Assembly: GCA_918285425.1 (NCBI GenBank)
Contig: CAKJZE010000021.1
Coordinates: forward strand, 1-47,583
Length of the DNA stretch: 47,583 nt
Reading direction: 5' to 3'
DNA from: Clostridiales bacterium
GTDB lineage: Bacteria; Bacillota; Clostridia; Christensenellales; UBA1242
Part shown: positions 17,851 through 24,785 of the stretch, one piece after another
Numbering within the stretch: the first letter of the stretch is position 1
Layout: the number at the start of each line of letters is the position of its first letter
The notes under the pieces: model-generated
Seen by the model: only the letters and a program-made list of their open reading frames with translations
What the model was told of the DNA's origin: nothing
Databases searched by the model: none
Program-made: the position numbers and the translations under genes

Positions 17851-18894
17851 ATGGAGAAGAAATTTTCAAGTTCAAAAGGCCTTTCAAAATCGTTAATGTT
17901 TGAATGGGTGGTTCGAAGAATACTTGAAGAACAGTATGTTGTCAATACAGTGGATCAAACTTTAAATGGATTCGATTTAAAAACTGTTGATAATATCAAT
18001 ATAGAAATAAAATATACAACAAGAAGCAACTTGTTGAGTTTTGTAAATTCTTTAAAGTTTTTTATAGAAACTCATCCAAATTACGCACTCGAACGAATAA
18101 TTTTTATAACAAGTTCTATTTGTGAAGATGTATTTTCTAATCAAAATAAAAGTGATGAAGTTAAATCACTTAACATTATTTCATTGGAAAATCTAATCTA
18201 TTTATGTAAAGATAATGATAATTTACTATCTCAATTAAAAATGTGTTTAAATTTTTCAACAGAAAATATAAAACCAATACCTCTTGATGAAAACGTTCAA
18301 AAATTATTACAACCTTCAAAAAAAGAAAACTTTAAAAAAGTTGAGAATATTGATTATTATAATAAATTAATATCAATTCCTCATGGCCGAAATCATTTTT
18401 CGCAATATGAAAAATTCTGTGAGGATTTTATTAAAACCATTTTTCAAGATAATATTGAGGACCCTATTCCACAAAAAATTAACAATCAAGGCTTATATAG
18501 GTTTGATTTAGTAGCAGCATTAAAATCAGAAGCAAAAAGTTTTTGGAAATTTATATACGATAAATATAATTCATGTTTCATTTTGTTTGATTGCAAAAAT
18601 TATACAGGGACAATTGAACAAGAAGAAATTTATTCAACAGAGAGATATTTATATAATAATGCTTTAAGAAATGTAGGTATTATACTATCCAGAAAAGGGG
18701 CTTCTCTTCATGCCAAAATTGCCTGCCAAGGTATTCTTAAAGAACATGGCAAATTAATATTAGTTCTTGATGACAATGATATGAAAGAATTAGAAATCTT
18801 ATATAAAAATAATAAAAAAGGCATTGACTACCCGACTCCATCAGATTTTTTATTTGATAAGGCAAAAGACTTTTTGTTAAATTTAGACAAATAA
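17851..18894 (+). CDS. hypothetical protein with two PD-(D/E)xK-like motifs (restriction-endonuclease-like)
   Basis: GFDLKTVDNINIEIKY near the N-terminus and YRFDLV...FILFDCKNY in the C-terminal half. AAGGAG RBS. Last gene of the operon, ending 6 nt before the right inverted repeat. Confidence 0.5.
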   Translation: MEKKFSSSKGLSKSLMFEWVVRRILEEQYVVNTVDQTLNGFDLKTVDNINIEIKYTTRSNLLSFVNSLKFFIETHPNYALERIIFITSSICEDVFSNQNKSDEVKSLNIISLENLIYLCKDNDNLLSQLKMCLNFSTENIKPIPLDENVQKLLQPSKKENFKKVENIDYYNKLISIPHGRNHFSQYEKFCEDFIKTIFQDNIEDPIPQKINNQGLYRFDLVAALKSEAKSFWKFIYDKYNSCFILFDCKNYTGTIEQEEIYSTERYLYNNALRNVGIILSRKGASLHAKIACQGILKEHGKLILVLDDNDMKELEILYKNNKKGIDYPTPSDFLFDKAKDFLLNLDK

Positions 18895-18900
18895 AATAGT

Positions 18901-19046
18901 AAGCAGGATAAGAGTGGATTCAAAATGCCATTTTCAAAGTAAAAAAGTCCCTAAAAACAATAGTTTCCAGTGACTCACTTTGAACAACAATTCCTTTTGG
19001 CATTTTTACCCACTCCCTTTTTAGCAAGCAAGTGGGATACCCACTT
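18901..19046 (-). repeat. Right copy of the ~145-nt inverted repeat bracketing the R-M operon
   Basis: Reverse complement of 13980-14124. The outer palindrome aagtgggatacccactt (19030-19046) is followed here by a T-run, so on the plus strand it doubles as a terminator for the operon. Confidence 0.9.
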
Positions 19047-19171
19047 CTTTTTTTATATAAACTAGTGAAAATTTTTAATTTATATGTTATAATATGAACG
19101 GCACTTATCCGAGAGTGCCACGGATTAAAGTCAATTGTTGCTATATGCTTTTTGTATAATGCAAAAAGTGT

Positions 19172-19411
19172 ATGAAGAAAACAATTGATGAACAATGTTT
19201 TATTGATTGTGTAAATATAGATGAAAACACTGCTACTTACAACTTTAACACAAAAATATTAAAGCAAGGCAAAGTAAATATGTCCCAAAAGCAAATAAAC
19301 CATATCGGTTCTATTCTTGCAACTGACTTAAAAAACTTTGCAGAAAGTAATGGCGACTTTTCAAATCTAACAGCAAATGAAGTTTATACTCATTTGTTGG
19401 ATAATCAATAA
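19172..19411 (+). CDS. hypothetical 79-aa protein (gene X)
   Basis: No clear Shine-Dalgarno sequence. Its last 10 codons recur at 22493-22522 with only synonymous differences, which supports real coding. Confidence 0.5.
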   Translation: MKKTIDEQCFIDCVNIDENTATYNFNTKILKQGKVNMSQKQINHIGSILATDLKNFAESNGDFSNLTANEVYTHLLDNQ

Positions 19412-19511
19412 ACATTGCAAAGAAGAAGTTGAAAAAACTTCTTCTTTTTTTTGTTAGACTCTATAAATTTCTATTTAATTGTGCTATAATGATAATTAGT
19501 GAGGAGCACAT
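19370..19511 (+). repeat. 5' junction element, copy a (gene X 3' end + terminator + promoter + RBS)
   Basis: Aligns collinearly with 22481-22621 at about 70 percent identity by eye, up to the start codon of the downstream gene. Confidence 0.75.
19421..19452 (+). terminator. Terminator after gene X
   Basis: agaagaagtt-gaaaa-aacttcttct followed by a T-run. Confidence 0.75.
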
Positions 19512-21683
19512 ATGATTAATAAAATTGAGTTAAACAATATTGCTACATATAAGCATTGTGAAATATATCCTAAAAAAATTAATTATATTTATGGAGGTAA
19601 TGGCACAGGCAAAACTTCAATATCAAAATTTTTAGCAAATCCAGTAAATTATCCTACAAGCAATTTGACCACAGAAAATTATCCAATTGATATACTTGTA
19701 TATAATAAAGACTTTATAGAAGATAATTTTGATAAGGATAAATCAATAAAGGGAATATTTACAATTGGAGAAGAAAATAAAGAAATAGAAGAAAATATAA
19801 ACAAATTGTTAATAAAAAAAGAAGAAATCGAAAAACAAAAAACTATACGCATTAATAAAATTGAAGAATTTACCGAGAATGCAAAAACCTTGCATAACGA
19901 ATTTTGTAATAATTGTTGGACAATAAAAAAAGTTGCAGAACCATATAAAAAATCTATAAGTGGTGTTTTAAATTCTAGAGAAGCATTTGCCGAAATGTGC
20001 GATAAGAACTTTTTAAATACAAAAACAACGACAGAACTTGGTTCATTTGATGAAAGATACAAAATGCTATATGAGACACATATGCAAGTATATAATAAGT
20101 TTTCAGAATTAGAATTTACAAGATTATCTGAAATTGAAAACAATTCTCTATTAAATAAAAGTATCATAGCAAAGGAAGATAATCCACTGTCGTCTATAAT
20201 TCAAAAGTTAAACAATAGTGACTGGATTAAACAAGGTGTAGAATATTTAGATAGCACTCATAACATTTGCCCATTTTGTCAAAGAGAACTAACAGCCAAA
20301 ACGATAAAGGATTTAGAGAATTTATTTGATGAAGAATATGACAAAAATATGAATGAATTAAAAACACTAAACGATGAATATCAGAAATTATCAAATAGTT
20401 TAATTCTCAATATGGAAAATGTTGCTCAAACTTCTTATCAAATATTAGATTATTCAGGCATAAGTACATTATTATTAGAAATAAAGTCTGTAATAAAAGA
20501 CAATATAAAGCTTTTAAATGATAAAATAAAGTTTCCTTCAAATAAGATTGAATTAAATAAAACTAATAATTTATTGAACCAAATAAATTCTGTGATTAAA
20601 GAATACAATAGAATAATTAAAAGAAATAATGAACTATCTTCTAAGCAATTACAAGAAAAGAATAAGTTAAGCAATGATATATGGCAAGCGATTTCAAATA
20701 ATTATCTTTATGAAACCATAAATGAATATAGGAAAAAGAGTGAAGGAATTAAATCTGCGACTCATAAAATGATGATGGAAAGAGACTCTTATGCTCAAGA
20801 CATTGCCGAAATAGAAATAGAGATTAACAATTTGCAATCCAAAGTATCTACTATTGACAACGCGATTAATGAAATAAATAAAATATTAAAAGGGTTTGCT
20901 TTTACAGGTTTTTATTTGCGTAAAGCTAAAGATAATAGAAATTATGAAATAATTCGCGAAGATGGGAGTAATGCAAAAGATACATTAAGTGAGGGTGAAG
21001 AACGTTTTATTACATTTCTCTATTTTATTCAATTAATAAATGGCAATGTAGAAAATAAAAGAACAATAAATAAAAAAGTTGTAGTAATAGATGACCCCAT
21101 TTCAAGTCTTGATAGCAATATTATATTTATTGTAAGTTCTCTTGTAAAAGAGATTATAAACAATTGCATCAATAGCAACAATTTAATAGATCAAGTTATA
21201 GTATTAACACATAACATCTATTTTCATCATCAAATTAGTTTCAGACCAAAAAGTAATCAATTGTCACCTAATTTGTTTTCATTTTTTACAATCCATAAAA
21301 AAGATAATCTTTCAACAATTGAACAATCTCAAAAGAATTTGATTCAAACATCATATGAACTTTTATGGCAGGAAATAAAGCAGCCAGAAATAACAAGTAG
21401 GGCTAATATATTCAACTCAATGAGAAGAATTTTAGAATATTATTTTGATATTATTGGTGGGTTAGACTATGATAATCTTATATCTACATTTACCGGCGAA
21501 GACAAAATTATTTGTAATTCTTTAATTTCTTTTGTAAATGCTAATTCACATTCTATTGCAGATGATTTTGTTATTGGATTTAGTGAAGAAGATATAGACA
21601 AATATTTAGTTGTCTTTAAAAAAATATTTATTAATAGTAATCATAAAGCACATTACGAAATGATGATGTCTAGAGAATACTAA
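19512..21683 (+). CDS. RloC/PrrC-like anticodon nuclease (AAA_13-type ABC-like ATPase with zinc-hook coiled coil)
   Basis: Walker A GGNGTGKTS; long Lys/Glu/Asn-rich coiled coil containing CPFC; LSEGEERF signature; Walker B VVVIDDPISSLD; LTHN; C-terminal MRRILEYYF ... NANSH, resembling the PrrC Arg-Glu-His nuclease triad. Confidence 0.7.
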   Translation: MINKIELNNIATYKHCEIYPKKINYIYGGNGTGKTSISKFLANPVNYPTSNLTTENYPIDILVYNKDFIEDNFDKDKSIKGIFTIGEENKEIEENINKLLIKKEEIEKQKTIRINKIEEFTENAKTLHNEFCNNCWTIKKVAEPYKKSISGVLNSREAFAEMCDKNFLNTKTTTELGSFDERYKMLYETHMQVYNKFSELEFTRLSEIENNSLLNKSIIAKEDNPLSSIIQKLNNSDWIKQGVEYLDSTHNICPFCQRELTAKTIKDLENLFDEEYDKNMNELKTLNDEYQKLSNSLILNMENVAQTSYQILDYSGISTLLLEIKSVIKDNIKLLNDKIKFPSNKIELNKTNNLLNQINSVIKEYNRIIKRNNELSSKQLQEKNKLSNDIWQAISNNYLYETINEYRKKSEGIKSATHKMMMERDSYAQDIAEIEIEINNLQSKVSTIDNAINEINKILKGFAFTGFYLRKAKDNRNYEIIREDGSNAKDTLSEGEERFITFLYFIQLINGNVENKRTINKKVVVIDDPISSLDSNIIFIVSSLVKEIINNCINSNNLIDQVIVLTHNIYFHHQISFRPKSNQLSPNLFSFFTIHKKDNLSTIEQSQKNLIQTSYELLWQEIKQPEITSRANIFNSMRRILEYYFDIIGGLDYDNLISTFTGEDKIICNSLISFVNANSHSIADDFVIGFSEEDIDKYLVVFKKIFINSNHKAHYEMMMSREY

Positions 21684-21792
21684 CTATTGTTTTCACCCAC
21701 CCAGCGCCTACAAATATTCTAGGGTTAGGATTGGATTGCGCCCGCTCCGCCAATCGTAACCTAAATCGAACCACTCGATTTGGGTTTATTTT
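21684..21792 (+). repeat. 3' junction element R1 (conserved ~65-nt core + private terminator hairpin)
   Basis: Starts at the stop codon of 19512-21683. Core ...CCACCCAGCGCC..TAGGGTTAGGATTGGAT..GCTCCGCCA. Hairpin 21758-21769/21775-21786 followed by a T-rich tail. Confidence 0.85.
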
Positions 21793-21812
21793 ATATCTTA
21801 GGGGGTATTTCG

Positions 21813-22433
21813 ATGTATCATTTTGGTGTACTTGTTAGTGAAAATTAAAAGCTTACGAGAGAAAAATACATAAATTATTATAAAGAAAATAAGCAGCAAT
21901 TTACATTAGAAGATATTCTTTACAACTATGATCTTAATATTGATTATTACAATAATCTTAATAAAGTAGATTTTGATAAAGAATTAAATAGGTTTTTCAA
22001 TAAGTTTAAAAGATTTAGAGAAATATATGATTTACAAGAATGCAATTGTGACGGTTTTTATATAATGATTTTGGATAATTATAAGCAAGTATATATTGGT
22101 ATTGCTGATAATATTAAGAAACGTATTTTACAGCATTGGAAAAACAGTCCTAATACTATGATTGTTGGCACAAAAAACAACTCTAAATTATGCATCGATT
22201 CTTTCAAAGCATTGGATACAACAAGAATTTTTGTCTATACAAATGAACAATTTGCAATTAACGTAAGAAATGCTAATCTGATTATGGAAGATGAAAAAAA
22301 TAGTCATTTAATAAAACACGTTTCAGAAACCTTGGAAGATGAAGAAAATAAAATGATTAAATATTTTAACAACAAATATACATGTAATAGATTTGCACGA
22401 CTAATCATGAAATCATTCTATAGAGATTTTTAA
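21813..22433 (+). pseudogene. GIY-YIG nuclease gene interrupted by an in-frame TAA at 21846-21848
   Basis: AGGGGG RBS, then ATG at 21813 encoding MYHFGVLVSEN, then TAA. The same frame then stays open for 195 codons, through GFYIMILDNYKQVYIGIADNIKKRILQHW (GIY...YIG...R...H). There is no ATG/GTG/TTG between 21849 and the ATG at 22065, and that ATG lies inside the GIY motif. Confidence 0.7.
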
Positions 22434-22480
22434 AAATTTATTATTTGTCCAATTTTTAATTATTGTATTTATTAAAAACA

Positions 22481-22621
22481 ACAACAAATAAAGTTTATAC
22501 TCACTTGCTAGACAATCAATAAACACTGCAAAAGGAAGAACTTGAAATATAGTTCTTCCTTTTTTGTTTTCACTATGGACATTTAACTAAAAATATTGTA
22601 TAATAATTTTAGGAGATAATT
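22481..22621 (+). repeat. 5' junction element, copy b (relic of the gene X C-terminus + terminator + promoter + RBS)
   Basis: 22493-22522 encodes VYTHLLDNQ-stop, as in gene X. An upstream in-frame TAA at 22457 shows that only a relic remains. Terminator ggaagaact-tgaaatat-agttcttcc and a TATAAT box follow. Confidence 0.75.
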
Positions 22622-22981
22622 ATGAAAGATTTAAATTATAAAAGAGTAATTGCATATGCCAATTATTTGGTTTTATTTGTTGATGATGAAGATAGACAAT
22701 CCAAGATTATAGCAAAACTAAAAGAATATAATGACAAACTGCCTGATGGTAAACTAATAGATAAATTACAAAACAAATATTTATCTAAAAAAAATGATTA
22801 TTTTGAGATTGCAGAATTTTTATTGAAAGACATTGAAAAAACAAAGAATAAGGACAAATATTTGCCAACTATTCAACAATTATTAAAAGATATAGAAGAT
22901 ATTATTAACCCAAAAGATACCACTACTAAAATTGAAAGAAGTCCAGCCCAAAAGATTTCGGACTTATCAAGTTGGAGTTAA
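22622..22981 (+). CDS. hypothetical protein (119 aa)
   Basis: AGGAG RBS. Charged, helical-looking sequence with no recognised motif. Confidence 0.55.
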   Translation: MKDLNYKRVIAYANYLVLFVDDEDRQSKIIAKLKEYNDKLPDGKLIDKLQNKYLSKKNDYFEIAEFLLKDIEKTKNKDKYLPTIQQLLKDIEDIINPKDTTTKIERSPAQKISDLSSWS

Positions 22982-22982
22982 T

Positions 22983-23483
22983 ATGAAAAAAGGATGGAGA
23001 ATTGTAATATTAGTTGTTTGCATTCTTATAGCTATAGCAATACCAGTAATAACTATCATTCACTATTACAACATTGATATTGCTAGCATTTGGTCAACAT
23101 GGGGATTGCAAGAAGATAATACAACGATAAATTTGCCAGATACTGTAAACTACATAAAGCTATTATGGTATAAAAGTTCAATTTATATTGTTCCGCCAAT
23201 TTTCATTTTTATTGGATTAACTATCTTAAATCATAAACAAATAAACCTTAAAAAAAAGTGGTATTTTTATCTAATCCAAGGCTTTTCATTTTGGTATATA
23301 TCATTGCTTATGATTAAATTATTTTGTAATGAGATTTTGGAGTTAGATAGATGTTATAATATAACCTTCTTTAATGGTATAGAATCAATGCAATTACTTG
23401 TTGGTTATATAGTTTCGTTTATATTAAAAAGCAATATAGAATTAAACAAACCATATAGTGATGAAGTTAAAAAATTGAAATAA
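22983..23483 (+). CDS. hypothetical membrane protein (about 4 TM segments)
   Basis: The ATG at 22983 lies 1 nt after the upstream stop and is preceded by GGAG. Hydrophobic segments include IVILVVCILIAIAIPVITII, IYIVPPIFIFIGLTIL and FYLIQGFSFWYISLLMI. Confidence 0.6.
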   Translation: MKKGWRIVILVVCILIAIAIPVITIIHYYNIDIASIWSTWGLQEDNTTINLPDTVNYIKLLWYKSSIYIVPPIFIFIGLTILNHKQINLKKKWYFYLIQGFSFWYISLLMIKLFCNEILELDRCYNITFFNGIESMQLLVGYIVSFILKSNIELNKPYSDEVKKLK

Positions 23484-23590
23484 CTATTTTTAGCCACCCA
23501 GCACCAACATATATTTTAGGGTTAGAATTGGATAGCGTTGTTCTCGCCAAGCATAACGTAAATCTTATGAACTATGATTTGCGTTTTTTG
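23484..23590 (+). repeat. 3' junction element R2
   Basis: Begins at the stop codon. Core CCACCCAGCACC..TAGGGTTAGAATTGGAT..TTCTCGCCA. Hairpin 23555-23564/23576-23585 followed by a T-run. Confidence 0.85.
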
Positions 23591-23671
23591 TTTTTTAATA
23601 ATAAAGTAATTATACAATAAAATACTGAATTTAGAAATGTTTTATCATGTGGTAAACTTAAAACTTAATTA

Positions 23672-23700
23672 TTGACAAATTGCTAAAAATCCTGTAAAAT
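23672..23700 (+). promoter_or_regulatory. candidate promoter
   Basis: TTGACA, 17 nt, TAAAAT. Confidence 0.5.
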
Positions 23701-23726
23701 TTAAGTTGATATAAGGATAAAAGAGT

Positions 23727-24113
23727 ATGGATAGAAACGAGACTGAACCTATCGCAAAGGATTTGATAGATAAAGCAAGAGAGCTGATGAAAGATGTTAA
23801 TGTTACATTTGATGAAGATTTTTGGGCTTATACAGCATTTGATAGAAAATGGAGACGTAAACCTGAATTTTGCTGTGGCAAAAAGAAAGAGTTGCTTGAC
23901 CAAATTTATGATGTAATAGGCAATTTGGACTACAATTCAACAATACATCTATTTGCACATATAACATCTGCTGAAATTGCTGCAGAACTACAAATGAAAG
24001 CTAAAGACGGATGGAAAAATCCTGCTGCACTCGATAAAAAAGCGTGTATATTATTGAGAAATGTGCGATCAAAAGTTGAATACGAAAAGAGCGAAACAAA
24101 TATAAAAATTTAA
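23727..24113 (+). CDS. hypothetical protein (128 aa)
   Basis: AAGGA RBS. No recognised motif. Followed by junction element R3. Confidence 0.55.
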   Translation: MDRNETEPIAKDLIDKARELMKDVNVTFDEDFWAYTAFDRKWRRKPEFCCGKKKELLDQIYDVIGNLDYNSTIHLFAHITSAEIAAELQMKAKDGWKNPAALDKKACILLRNVRSKVEYEKSETNIKI

Positions 24114-24222
24114 AATTTTATTTAACCAAACCACTACCGATATATATTTGGGTGTTAGAAATGGATAACATCGGCTCCGCCAGAAATTGTCTAAACATTC
24201 TATGTTTGTACAATTTTTTTTA
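24114..24222 (+). repeat. 3' junction element R3 (most diverged copy)
   Basis: Core CCAAACCACTACC..GGGTGTTAGAAATGGAT..GGCTCCGCCA. Hairpin 24186-24198/24202-24214 followed by T8. Confidence 0.75.
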
Positions 24223-24278
24223 TAAGTGATTTTTAATATATTTAATTGAGGTATATAATTTTGGAAACAAAAATTAAG

Positions 24279-24734
24279 ATGAAAAATAAAGTGGGGCAAT
24301 ATGGCGTCATAAACAAAACTGGAAAAATTGGCAGTTCTGCTGTATTGTACAAAACTACAGATCCCGAATTTTGGAAAAATATAGAAAAGGGTATAAAATC
24401 ATCTGTAAAATCCGTAATTAATATTGGCTATGAAACATATAGTTCATGCCAAGGCCATAGAGGTACATTATATAATAAAAGGACTTTAACCGTTATTTTG
24501 TCAAATGAAGAAATAGATATTTGGATTTATTTTTTAGATACTTTAAATATTTTCTTTTTGACAGATCATCCAATTACATATCTTTTAATTCCAAAAAGTG
24601 ATAACAAAACAAATATCATGATTAATTTTGGAGATATTGAAAACAAAAAATGTGTAAAAATTAATCAGAAATATTTTAATAAGTTTGTGACAGTAATAAA
24701 TAAGCTCAAATTTGTTTGCGATGATATTTCTTGA
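24279..24734 (+). CDS. hypothetical protein (151 aa) upstream of the radical SAM gene
   Basis: ORF only. The start is uncertain (track start 24246 is non-ATG) and the RBS is weak. No motif recognised. Confidence 0.4.
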   Translation: MKNKVGQYGVINKTGKIGSSAVLYKTTDPEFWKNIEKGIKSSVKSVINIGYETYSSCQGHRGTLYNKRTLTVILSNEEIDIWIYFLDTLNIFFLTDHPITYLLIPKSDNKTNIMINFGDIENKKCVKINQKYFNKFVTVINKLKFVCDDIS

Positions 24735-24759
24735 CTAAATGTATCAGATGATGTATAAT
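24731..24759 (+). promoter_or_regulatory. near-consensus sigma-70 promoter for the radical SAM gene
   Basis: TTGACT (24731-24736), exactly 17 nt, TATAAT (24754-24759). Confidence 0.65.
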
Positions 24760-24785
24760 GTTACTGTTGTATTTGAGGATAAAAT

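Noticed and set aside
13980-19046. The 145-nt repeats as retron msr-msd, TnpB/IscB guide RNA scaffolds or IS ends
   Set aside because: No reverse transcriptase, TnpB/IscB or transposase ORF is present anywhere near them, and 145 nt is far longer than typical IS terminal repeats. They are kept as an unexplained inverted repeat.
21846-21848. TAA recoding (alternative genetic code) as the explanation for the in-frame stop in the GIY-YIG gene
   Set aside because: TAA is the stop codon of many confidently delimited genes in this window (for example gltX, ung, xfp), each followed by a terminator or the next RBS.
21745-24183. The conserved CTCCGCCA in the junction elements as displaced 3' ends of tRNA-Ser (old att sites)
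   Set aside because: Identity with the tRNA 3' end (TCTCTCCGCCA) stops after 8 nt. The upstream T-arm sequence is unrelated, and the distance from the GGGTT block to the CCA end differs by 5 nt. An 8-mer match is within chance expectation for a window this size.
21684-24222. The three 3' junction elements as integron attC sites
   Set aside because: They contain GTTAGRA and TAAC-like strings, but in the order GTT...AAC rather than the R''(RYYYAAC)...R'(GTTRRRY) order. The two boxes are not complementary to each other, and no IntI-type tyrosine recombinase or attI is present.
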